The translations under genes were made by a program, and so were the position numbers. A DNA stretch of 25,396 bases from an uncultured Bacteroidota bacterium (lineage in GTDB: Bacteria > CLD3 > SB21): contig CAZHUW010000004.1 in assembly GCA_964535295.1 (NCBI GenBank), positions 1 through 25,396 of the forward strand, given 5' to 3'. Under the pieces are notes generated by a model. The model made no database searches and was not told the DNA's origin. It saw only the letters and a list, made by a program, of their open reading frames with translations. Shown one piece after another: positions 8,516 through 16,776 of this stretch (position 1 is the stretch's first letter; each line of letters starts with the position of its first letter).

Positions 8516-9229
8516 ATGCCGATGCCTGTATTTAAACGGATTTTGCTGAAACTCAGCGGTGAAGCATTGATGGGAGACCAGTCGTACGGGATCGATACAA
8601 AAATGCTTTCGCAGGTTGCCGAAGAGATCAAATCCGTGAAGGCTTTGGGCGTTGAAATTGCAGTGGTCATCGGAGGAGGTAATATTTTTCGAGGTTTGGC
8701 CGCAAGTGCGAAAGGGATGGATCGCGTGTCGGCCGATCATATGGGCATGCTCGCTACGGTGATCAATTCGCTGGCTCTGCAGGACGCTATAGAAAAAGTT
8801 GGGCTGTTCACCAGAGTGCTGAGCGCGATCAAGATGGAACAGATCGCGGAACCTTTTATCCGCCGCCGCGCTATACGCCATCTTGAAAAAGGACGCATCG
8901 TGATCTTCGCCGGAGGAACGGGCAATCCGTATTTTACCACCGATACCGCGGCTTCGCTGCGCGCAATCGAAGTGGAAGCAGACGTCATTCTTAAAGGCAC
9001 GCGCGTGGACGGCGTTTACGACTCCGATCCGGAAACCAACAAAGAAGCGTTCAAGTTTGATTCGATTTCTTATATGGAAGTGGTCAAAAAAGGCCTCAAT
9101 GTTATGGATGCCACGGCGGTGACCTTATGTATGGAAAATAAGCTACCCATCATCGTATTCAACCTAAAGACGACCGGCAATCTCAAACGTATCATTCTCG
9201 GTGAGAACGTCGGATCGAGAGTGCAATAA
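8516..9229 (+). CDS. pyrH: UMP kinase
   Basis: [12 protein letters not shown]... with glycine-rich [11 protein letters not shown] at 8516 has an AGGAA ribosome-binding site. The track's GTG at 8471 lies inside the tsf terminator. Confidence 0.93.
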   Translation: MPMPVFKRILLKLSGEALMGDQSYGIDTKMLSQVAEEIKSVKALGVEIAVVIGGGNIFRGLAASAKGMDRVSADHMGMLATVINSLALQDAIEKVGLFTRVLSAIKMEQIAEPFIRRRAIRHLEKGRIVIFAGGTGNPYFTTDTAASLRAIEVEADVILKGTRVDGVYDSDPETNKEAFKFDSISYMEVVKKGLNVMDATAVTLCMENKLPIIVFNLKTTGNLKRIILGENVGSRVQ

Positions 9230-9339
9230 GTATACGTTGGAAATCCTGTGTAGCCGGCTCGATCAGGAAACAATTTACTTGAATAGAATCGGTATGTATC
9301 ATAAATTTCTGAGCAGGAACTAAACGCAAAAGGTGATGT

Positions 9340-9903
9340 ATGTTTGATCTGAATAAACAATATCATGATACCGAAGAAAAGATGAAAAAATCCTTGGAAG
9401 CGGTTCGTCACGAATTATCCAAAGTTCGCAGCGGACGCGCAACCACCACTCTGCTGGACGGAATAAAAGTCGATTATTACGGTACTCCTACACCGCTCAA
9501 TCAGGTGGGTAATGTTTCCGCACCGGAGGCGCGCTTATTGACCGTTCAGCCTTGGGACAAAAATATGATCCAGCCGATCGAAAAAGCTATTCAGATGGCG
9601 GACCTGGGTCTCAATCCGGCCAATGACGGTACGATGATACGTATTCCGATTCCGGCCTTAAATGAAGAGCGCCGAAAAGAATTGGTGAAGCTGACCAAGA
9701 AATATGCCGAGGACGGACGAGTAGCGATCCGTAATGTACGACGCGATGCGAACGAACACATTAAGAAAGCAGAAAAGGGTCATGAGGTATCGGAAGACGA
9801 TTCGAAACAGGCGCACGACAAGATACAAAAAATGACCGATGCGTATATCAAAAAGATCGATGACATGGTCGCTATGAAAGAAAAAGAGATTATGGAAGTG
9901 TAG
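9340..9903 (+). CDS. frr: Ribosome recycling factor
   Basis: Length and pattern typical of RRF. Conserved position after pyrH. Confidence 0.93.
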   Translation: MFDLNKQYHDTEEKMKKSLEAVRHELSKVRSGRATTTLLDGIKVDYYGTPTPLNQVGNVSAPEARLLTVQPWDKNMIQPIEKAIQMADLGLNPANDGTMIRIPIPALNEERRKELVKLTKKYAEDGRVAIRNVRRDANEHIKKAEKGHEVSEDDSKQAHDKIQKMTDAYIKKIDDMVAMKEKEIMEV

Positions 9904-9933
9904 CCGGTTTTGTAAATAAGAAATAGCGAATAA

Positions 9934-9970
9934 AAAGCCTGTAGGGGAACCGCTCTTACAGGCTTTTGCT
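9934..9970 (+). terminator. Rho-independent terminator after frr
   Basis: GCCTGTA ... TACAGGC stem followed by TTTTGCTTGT. Confidence 0.65.
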
Positions 9971-10065
9971 TGTACCGGCGAAACCGCGCCTTGACTTTAT
10001 GTTTGAATCTTTATAAGTTTGCGGCAGTGCTAGTTCACAGAGATATCCCATCTATTGTCTATCAC

Positions 10066-11820
10066 ATGATGCATCAATTATTTTCTTCGAAAAACGATCT
10101 GAAAAAAATCATTCTGATAGGCCTGTTATTCCTCCTTATTCTGCTGTCCATCATAAGTTTTTTATTTTTTAAGGGCCTTCTGATCGTGTCGTTGCCCGCG
10201 TTGGGAGTTTGTGTCATTTATCTTATTTTTGAATATTTGCAGGGGGACCGCGGACGAAAAAATCAACGAATAACGCCGTTCGGTAAAAGAAACGCTCCGA
10301 TGCCCCAGACTCCGTTGACCAATTATTTTGCGAAACAAAAAGTTCAGCCGGATGAGAAGAATGAGAACTCAATGGATATGCTTGATGATACGCAGGCGTC
10401 GGTCTTTTTTAACCAGACATCGGACGCAATCATTCAGCTTGTTCACCAGACATTTGCGGCGAATACTACATTCTTATATCTTTACAGCGAGGAAGAAAAC
10501 GAACTTGTTCTCCAAAGTTTTCGAACCGAGAGTTCTTTTTTCTCTGCCACAACCCGGAATCCTCTTTCTCAATCCGGTATGAAGCTTTTTGCGGAAGTTG
10601 TAAAGAAACGCGAAAATAAATTATTTGCAGCTCTTGGGCCAGATGAAAGAGGTCTTTTTTACTACGACCAGTATCAGGACGTACACACTTTGATGATCGT
10701 GCCGCTTTTGAGGCGTGGTACTTTACTGGGTGTGGTAGGTGTTGACCACCTTAAAGCTGAACGTTATTCGGATCATCATACTACGTTGCTTGAACAATAC
10801 GGGCATTTGCTGATACAGACGATCCAGAATATCGACGGCGTGTATGTGAAAAATAAGCTTCGCCGGATGTTCCAATCATTGAAAGAATATAATGAGATCG
10901 TAAAAACTGAAGACAGTGAAGAAGCCATATTCAAATATCTGAAAGAGGCTTTGAGTCATAATCTTGAATGGGATACTTTACTGGTTTGGATGCGGGCCGG
11001 ATCGGATATCGAATGGGTGGTAGCGGACGCAGACGGCGCAAAAATTTTGCCGATTGGAACTGCGCATTCACTTGAGGAGAGGCCGGAATGGTCTGCCATT
11101 CAAAATCAAAAAAGATCCTATCGTCCGGATACGGAAGAAAACGGGTCGAAGAAAACTCAGCTTTCCGTTCCATTCGTGGATCACGGACATTGTTTTGGGG
11201 TTTTACACCTGGCATCCGATCAAACGGATGCGTGGGATATGTATGAAGTACAATTTGTGGAGAATCTATGCCACAGCGTCAGTCTTGCATTGGCTCGGGC
11301 GCAGTTGGACAAACACTTGTTTTCCGAAATGTCGCACGATCCGCTGACGGGATTGGATAATTTACAGGCGTTCAACCGCAAGGTTGCCGCGGAGATCCAC
11401 CGTGCGAAGCGCTTTGGTACAACTTTCTCATTGTTGATTTTTTATGTTGATTATATCAGAAATATATATGAAAATTTTGGCGTATCGGCCGGTGATTTTG
11501 TAATCGAGAAAATCGCTGAAATTTTGAAAAGCAGCAAACGGCAGATCGACAGCGCCGCACGTATCAGCAACGACCAGTTCGGACTGATCGTGCTCGAAAG
11601 CAAAAGGGAAGAAGCGCGCGACTGTGCTCAACGGGTACTGCGCAATATCGAAGTCTCGGAGATCGACTTCAACGGCGAATCGATCCCGTTGTCAGCTGTT
11701 ATCGGCATCGCTACTTTCGGCGTCGACGGCGAGGACCAAGCCCAATTGATGTTGTCTGCCGACAAAGCGGTCCAGATCGCCAGAAAAATGAAGGAAATAA
11801 AAATTGGGTTTGTCAGTTGA
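10066..11820 (+). CDS. Membrane protein with 2 TM helices, tandem GAF-like domains and a C-terminal degenerate GGDEF domain (active site SNDQF, I-site RQID retained). Likely a c-di-GMP receptor-type signalling protein.
   Basis: DPLTGLDN ... RQID-SAARI-SNDQF-GLIVL aligns to the GGDEF fold, with RxxD five residues before the degenerate GG(D/E)EF position. GAF-like ...GVLHLASDQ... The start is most plausibly ATG 10066 (MMHQLF...), since the track's 9970 start lies in the frr terminator. No strong ribosome-binding site, so the start is uncertain. Confidence 0.78.
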   Translation: MMHQLFSSKNDLKKIILIGLLFLLILLSIISFLFFKGLLIVSLPALGVCVIYLIFEYLQGDRGRKNQRITPFGKRNAPMPQTPLTNYFAKQKVQPDEKNENSMDMLDDTQASVFFNQTSDAIIQLVHQTFAANTTFLYLYSEEENELVLQSFRTESSFFSATTRNPLSQSGMKLFAEVVKKRENKLFAALGPDERGLFYYDQYQDVHTLMIVPLLRRGTLLGVVGVDHLKAERYSDHHTTLLEQYGHLLIQTIQNIDGVYVKNKLRRMFQSLKEYNEIVKTEDSEEAIFKYLKEALSHNLEWDTLLVWMRAGSDIEWVVADADGAKILPIGTAHSLEERPEWSAIQNQKRSYRPDTEENGSKKTQLSVPFVDHGHCFGVLHLASDQTDAWDMYEVQFVENLCHSVSLALARAQLDKHLFSEMSHDPLTGLDNLQAFNRKVAAEIHRAKRFGTTFSLLIFYVDYIRNIYENFGVSAGDFVIEKIAEILKSSKRQIDSAARISNDQFGLIVLESKREEARDCAQRVLRNIEVSEIDFNGESIPLSAVIGIATFGVDGEDQAQLMLSADKAVQIARKMKEIKIGFVS

Positions 11821-11832
11821 TCAGGAGGAGAC

Positions 11833-12105
11833 GTGGTTCTAGGAAAAGTCATCGGGAATGTCTGGGCAACGCGAAAAGATGAAAAACTAACGGGCGTCAA
11901 ATTGATGATCGTCCGGAGCGTGGATCTGGATTATAAAGAGAAAGAAACCTTTGTGGTTGCCGCGGACTCGGTTGGTGCGGGTGTGGGGGAGATAGTACTG
12001 TATTGTACCGGGAGTTCGGCGCGGCAAACTGAGATATCACAGGACAGGCCGGTGGATGCCGTGATTATGGCCATCGTGGACAAATTAGAATTTGATAAAA
12101 AATAA
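11833..12105 (+). CDS. BMC-P vertex (pentamer) shell protein, EutN/CcmL/PduN family (PF03319-type)
   Basis: VLGKVIGNVWATRKDEKLTGVKLMIV...ADSVGAGVGEIVLYCTGSSAR...PVDAVIMAIVDKL. GTG start 12 nt after the GGDEF-like gene stop, with an AGGAGGA ribosome-binding site. Confidence 0.88.
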   Translation: MVLGKVIGNVWATRKDEKLTGVKLMIVRSVDLDYKEKETFVVAADSVGAGVGEIVLYCTGSSARQTEISQDRPVDAVIMAIVDKLEFDKK

Positions 12106-12123
12106 ATTACCGTATAACTGTTC

Positions 12124-12387
12124 ATGAACTTAGCGCGTATAATAGGTACTGTGTGGGCGACGAAAAAACACCCCAGTCTGGAGGGGTTTTCCCTAAAGAT
12201 CATACAACCGCTGACATCCGGTATGGAAAAGATCGGAAGCCCAATTGTTGCAACGGATTCAGTAGGCACAGGACAACCCGATGAGTTGGTGTATTATGTG
12301 ACCTCCGGAGAAGCACCTATTCCGCTGGATAAGAAAATGCCGACAGATGCGACGATCATCGGCATTGCAGAACGGATCGATCGCTAG
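12124..12387 (+). CDS. BMC-P vertex shell protein, second paralog
   Basis: MNLARIIGTVWATKKHPSLEGFSLKIIQPL...ATDSVGTGQPDELVYYVTSGEA...DATIIGIAERI matches the EutN/CcmL pattern. Confidence 0.85.
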   Translation: MNLARIIGTVWATKKHPSLEGFSLKIIQPLTSGMEKIGSPIVATDSVGTGQPDELVYYVTSGEAPIPLDKKMPTDATIIGIAERIDR

Positions 12388-12456
12388 TGTCGGATCCCGC
12401 AGGGTTTGTCTTGAGTAACGAAAAAAATTCTATTCATCTCATCCAAAGTGGGTTTT

Positions 12457-13299
12457 ATGAACTTTGCAGAAAAAAGCAATGATCTCATAGATAAATATCT
12501 TCAGGAGATCGGCAGTGTTCCGCTTCTGAATCCCGAAGAAGAAATTGAGCTGGCCAAGAAGGTAAAAGACGGGGACGAATTGGCTCTTGAAAAACTGACG
12601 AAAGCAAATCTGCGTTTCGTTGTCAGCGTTGCCAAACAATATCAAAACCAAGGATTGTCGCTTAACGATTTGATCAACGAAGGAAATATTGGATTGATCA
12701 AGGCGGCGAAACGGTTTGACGTAACACGCGGATTTAAATTCATTTCCTATGCCGTATGGTGGATTCGGCAATCGATCCTGCAGGCTTTGGCGGAACAATC
12801 CCGTGTAGTAAGGCTCCCGCTCAATAAGATCGGAACACTGAATAAGATCGGTAAAGTTTTCAGCGATCTCGAACAGGAATTTGAACGCGAACCGAGTTCG
12901 GATGAAATTGCCGACATGTTGGATATGTCCTCGTTTGAGGTGACAAACACTATGCAGATGTCGGGACGGCATGTATCGATGGATGAGCCGATCCACGATT
13001 CAGAAAACAACACGCTGATGGATGTGATCGAAAACGAACAGCAGGAGCCTCCCGATCAGGACCTGCTGACGGAGTCGTTGCGAATAGAAATCCAACGCGC
13101 GCTGGAAACCCTTTCGGCGCGCGAGGCCGAGGTTGTTAAATTATATTTTGGGCTTGACACGGACCATCCGCTAACCCTCGAAGAGATCGGCGAACGTTTT
13201 GACCTTACGCGTGAACGCGTGCGCCAGATCAAAGAAAAAGCTATACGCCGCCTGCGCCACGCTTCCCGCAGCAACGTGCTTCGGCATTACCTTGGCTGA
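12457..13299 (+). CDS. RNA polymerase sigma-70 family factor. It is primary-like (RpoD/SigA) but short (about 280 aa, no region 1.1 or non-conserved insertion), as in Bacteroidetes/FCB SigA.
   Basis: Region 2: [29 protein letters not shown]. Region 4.2: [33 protein letters not shown] at 12457 is preferred over the GTG at 12448. Confidence 0.88.
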   Translation: MNFAEKSNDLIDKYLQEIGSVPLLNPEEEIELAKKVKDGDELALEKLTKANLRFVVSVAKQYQNQGLSLNDLINEGNIGLIKAAKRFDVTRGFKFISYAVWWIRQSILQALAEQSRVVRLPLNKIGTLNKIGKVFSDLEQEFEREPSSDEIADMLDMSSFEVTNTMQMSGRHVSMDEPIHDSENNTLMDVIENEQQEPPDQDLLTESLRIEIQRALETLSAREAEVVKLYFGLDTDHPLTLEEIGERFDLTRERVRQIKEKAIRRLRHASRSNVLRHYLG

Positions 13300-13424
13300 C
13301 ATCCTGCTTCGTTCCAAAAATTAAAAAAACGTTTGATACCTATATTTTTTTTTGCTACTTTCTCGCCCGTTAAAATTGTCGGATTCGGACGAGTTATATG
13401 TTGTCATTCTACAGGAGATTCTAA

Positions 13425-14174
13425 ATGAATATTATTGTGTGCATGAAGCAGGTGCCGGATAGTGAGACGCGCGTCAAGGTTAATCCGGACGGCAGATCAC
13501 TGGATCTTTCGGCAGTAAATTTTGTGATCAATCCCCATGACGAATTTGCGATCGAAGAAGCGATTCGCCTGAAGGAAAAATTCGGCGGCGAAGTGACGGT
13601 TCTTACTTTAGGTCCAGAACGCGCAGAAAATGATATACGGAAAGCGCTCGCGATGGGAGCTGACAAAGCCGTCTTGCTCAAAACGGACGCCGGTTTTAAC
13701 GGCGATGTTGCGCTAGCCCTTTCGGAACAGATCAAATCAATGTCGCACGATCTTGTTCTCTTCGGGAAACAGGCTATCGACGAGGACAGCTCGCAGATGC
13801 CGCAAATGGTGGCCGAAATGCTCGATCTTCCCTGTGTTACCGTGGTAGTTAAACTGGACGTGAATCCGGAGTCTAAGAGCGGCACTGCCGAACGTGAGAT
13901 CGAGGGCGGAAAAGAGATCGTCGAATTTTCATTACCGGCGGTCATTGGAACTCAAAAAGGGCTTAATGAACCTAGATTACCGAACTTAAAAGGTATTATG
14001 GCGGCAAAGAAAAAACCTCTCGAGAAGAAAGATCCGATTGGTACTACTGCGATGACAGAAGTGGTTGGATTGGAATTACCCCCGCCAAGGCCGGCCGGAA
14101 AGATCGTGGGAAAAGGCACCGAAGCGGTTCCCGAATTGCTTCGTTTACTTCACGAAGAAGCCAAAGTCATTTAA
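13425..14174 (+). CDS. etfB: Electron transfer flavoprotein beta subunit
   Basis: N-terminus MNIIVCMKQVPD is typical of EtfB. AGGAG ribosome-binding site. Confidence 0.92.
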   Translation: MNIIVCMKQVPDSETRVKVNPDGRSLDLSAVNFVINPHDEFAIEEAIRLKEKFGGEVTVLTLGPERAENDIRKALAMGADKAVLLKTDAGFNGDVALALSEQIKSMSHDLVLFGKQAIDEDSSQMPQMVAEMLDLPCVTVVVKLDVNPESKSGTAEREIEGGKEIVEFSLPAVIGTQKGLNEPRLPNLKGIMAAKKKPLEKKDPIGTTAMTEVVGLELPPPRPAGKIVGKGTEAVPELLRLLHEEAKVI

Positions 14175-14206
14175 GTTCGAGTCATAAAAATATTTGGAGA
14201 TATTAT

Positions 14207-15175
14207 ATGTCAATATTAGCATTTGCAGAACAACGCAACGGCGCCTTTCGTAAATCAGGATTTGAAGTAGCCAGCGAAGCCAAAAGGCTTGCGGATAAGC
14301 TTGGAACAACTGTTTCAGCACTTGTTGTTGGTTCCGGCGTAGAAAAAATAGCATCGGAGTTAGGGAAATACGGTATTTCAAAAGTATATGTTATCGATGA
14401 TGCCGGGCTTGAAAAATATTCCACGGAAGGATATACGCAGGCAATCGAAGAAACGGTGAAAAAGGCATCCGCCAGCATCGTTTTATTGCCCGCATCATCA
14501 ATGGGAAGAGATCTTGCTCCGCGTATTGCCGGAAGGCTTAAAGCGGGGTTGGCCAGCGACGTGACCCATTTCGACATTGATAATGGAAAACTCGTTATTA
14601 CGCGTCCGATTATGGCCGGAAAAGTGTTTCAGAAATTGGTCATCAAAACAGCCTGTCAGGTCATTAGCTTGCGCCCCAATGTATTTCGTCCCCAGGAGAG
14701 TGCTGTTCAGGCCGCCGTTGAAAAACTTTCTGTTTCGATCAAACCTTCGCGTGTAAAAGTCAAAGAGATGGTGGTCGAATCCGGTAAAAGAATCGAATTG
14801 ACTGAAGCCGATATCATTGTTTCCGGCGGGCGTGGATTAAAAGCCCCTGAAAACTGGGAAATGATTGTCAAACTGTCAGAAGCTTTGGGTGCGGCACACG
14901 GCGCCTCGCGTGCGGTTGTAGATGCCGGATGGCGCTCGCATGAGGAACAGGTGGGCCAAACGGGCAAAACAGTCAGTCCTCAACTGTACATTGCGGTCGG
15001 CATTTCCGGTGCGATCCAGCATTTGGCCGGTATGTCCAGTTCAAAGTACATCGTGGCCATTAATAGCGATGCTGAAGCGCCGATCTTTAAAATATCCGAT
15101 TATGGCATTGTCGGAGACCTGTTCGAAATTCTTCCGGAATTGACGAAACAGGTGACTCAAATGAAAGGTAAATAA
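14207..15175 (+). CDS. etfA: Electron transfer flavoprotein alpha subunit
   Basis: C-terminal FAD-binding signature [19 protein letters not shown]. It follows etfB after a 32-nt gap. Confidence 0.92.
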   Translation: MSILAFAEQRNGAFRKSGFEVASEAKRLADKLGTTVSALVVGSGVEKIASELGKYGISKVYVIDDAGLEKYSTEGYTQAIEETVKKASASIVLLPASSMGRDLAPRIAGRLKAGLASDVTHFDIDNGKLVITRPIMAGKVFQKLVIKTACQVISLRPNVFRPQESAVQAAVEKLSVSIKPSRVKVKEMVVESGKRIELTEADIIVSGGRGLKAPENWEMIVKLSEALGAAHGASRAVVDAGWRSHEEQVGQTGKTVSPQLYIAVGISGAIQHLAGMSSSKYIVAINSDAEAPIFKISDYGIVGDLFEILPELTKQVTQMKGK

Positions 15176-15186
15176 GAACTTGACGA

Positions 15187-15226
15187 GGGGCTCAAAATGT
15201 TCTTGACAATTTTGAGCCTTTCGTTT
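15187..15226 (+). terminator. Rho-independent terminator after etfA. It closes the co-directional block that begins at about 10066.
   Basis: GGCTCAAAAT (15189-15198), 10-nt loop, ATTTTGAGCC (15209-15218), then TTTCGTTT. Confidence 0.75.
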
Positions 15227-15421
15227 ACCTTACTGTGAGTTGCTGCAATATCTACAGCTGCAAGTTAGGTTCACGTCTTACAATCAATCCTGTTAATTAC
15301 TAAGAACAAAAGCCTGAGAAAAATCTTCTCGTATTTCCTTATTCATCAAAATTGTTCGTTTAAAAATATCTTATCGCGATTTCATAGTTGAATCAATTTC
15401 ATTCACCAAAAAAATAAAGTC

Positions 15422-16702
15422 ATGGCAGAAAAAAAAGAAGAAGCGGTTTCGTTTAATCTCGCAAACTTAAAAGATCTCAAGATATCCGAACTAAACGAGA
15501 TCGCAAAAAATCTGAATATTGCCGGCGTCAGCGGCATGAAAAAACAGGAACTGATATTCACTATTCTTGAAGAACAGACCAAACAGGACGGATTCATCTT
15601 CAGTGAAGGTGTATTGGAGATCTTACCGGACGGTTACGGTTTTTTGAGATCGTCGCATTACAATTATCTGCCCAGTCCGGATGATATCTATATTTCTCCC
15701 TCGCAGATAAAAAAATTCGGCCTTCGAACCGGAGATGTTGTTAGCGGCCAGATACGCCCTCCCAAAGAAAGCGAACGTTTTTTTGCTCTGTTACGCGTTG
15801 AAGCGGTTAATTTTGAGAATCCTGAAGAAGCAAAAAACAAGATATTGTTCGATAATCTGACCCCGATCTATCCGAAAGAACGTCTTGATACGGAAACCAA
15901 AGATCCGAATAATTTCTCCATGAGGGTTATGAACCTGATGACGCCGATAGGAAAGGGACAGCGCGGATTGATCGTTGCTCCTCCACGTACAGGGAAAACG
16001 GTTCTGCTGAAAAACATTGCCAACAGTATCACGGAAAATAATCCGGAAGTCAGGATGATCGTGTTACTTATTGATGAACGCCCGGAGGAAGTGACGGATA
16101 TGGAACGATCGGTAAAGGCCGAAGTACTGAGTTCCACGTTTGACGAACCGCCTGAAAGACACGTTCAGGTCGCGGATATCGTGCTTGAAAAAGCAAAACG
16201 CATGGTCGAATGCGGTCATGATGTCGTTATCCTTTTGGATTCGATCACTCGTCTGGCCCGTGCGCACAACACCGTTGTACCGCACAGCGGAAAGATCCTC
16301 TCCGGCGGCGTGGATTCCAACGCCCTGCATCGCCCCAAGCGCTTCTTTGGTGCGGCGCGAAAAGTAGAAGAAGGCGGAAGTTTGACCATTATTGCGACCG
16401 CGTTGATCGAAACGGGTAGCCGTATGGACGAAGTGATCTTCGAAGAATTTAAAGGAACCGGCAATATGGAGATCATTTTAGATCGCCGATTATCCGATCG
16501 CCGTATCTATCCTGCGATCGATATCAATCGATCGGGAACACGTAAGGAAGAGTTGCTGTTGTCTCAGTTTGAACTTGGACGCGTATGGATTCTGCGTAAA
16601 CTCATTAATGACAAGACACCTGTCGAAGCCATGGAATTCATCCTCGATAAGATGCGCGGCACCCGTTCCAACAAACATTTCCTTGAGTCGATGAACGGTT
16701 AA
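15422..16702 (+). CDS. rho: Transcription termination factor Rho
   Basis: N-terminal ...[14 protein letters not shown]-binding GYGFLRS, Walker [18 protein letters not shown]. Long 246-nt leader. Confidence 0.95.
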   Translation: MAEKKEEAVSFNLANLKDLKISELNEIAKNLNIAGVSGMKKQELIFTILEEQTKQDGFIFSEGVLEILPDGYGFLRSSHYNYLPSPDDIYISPSQIKKFGLRTGDVVSGQIRPPKESERFFALLRVEAVNFENPEEAKNKILFDNLTPIYPKERLDTETKDPNNFSMRVMNLMTPIGKGQRGLIVAPPRTGKTVLLKNIANSITENNPEVRMIVLLIDERPEEVTDMERSVKAEVLSSTFDEPPERHVQVADIVLEKAKRMVECGHDVVILLDSITRLARAHNTVVPHSGKILSGGVDSNALHRPKRFFGAARKVEEGGSLTIIATALIETGSRMDEVIFEEFKGTGNMEIILDRRLSDRRIYPAIDINRSGTRKEELLLSQFELGRVWILRKLINDKTPVEAMEFILDKMRGTRSNKHFLESMNG

Positions 16703-16728
16703 CGGATAAGCGGATAGTTTAAAAAAAA

Positions 16729-16758
16729 ACCGTTGGTTCGCCGCCAACGGTTTTTTTG
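16729..16758. terminator. Bidirectional intrinsic terminator between convergent rho (+) and the alpha-oxoamine synthase gene (-)
   Basis: A-tract, ACCGTTGG, 7-nt loop, CCAACGGT, T-tract. Symmetric A/T tracts allow function on both strands. Confidence 0.75.
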
Positions 16759-16776
16759 TCTAATCTTTGAACCGGG

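Noticed and set aside
9970-10065. The ORF track's extended starts for the GGDEF-like gene (9970) and for pyrH (8471)
   Set aside because: Both extensions begin inside the intrinsic terminator hairpins of the upstream genes (frr, tsf). Internal ATGs at 10066 and 8516 give sensible N-termini, and 8516 has a ribosome-binding site.
12820-12860. Direct repeat aataagatcgg(a/t) twice, 21 nt apart, encoding [11 protein letters not shown] in the sigma factor
   Set aside because: Alignment to RpoD region 2.4/3.0 (VHMIETINKLSR) shows no length change. This is ordinary coding sequence, not a duplication or slippage site.
15203-15208. TTGACA hexamer inside the loop of the etfA terminator, as a possible -35 for rho
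   Set aside because: No acceptable -10 element at 16-19 nt spacing. The organism may not use E. coli-type consensus anyway.
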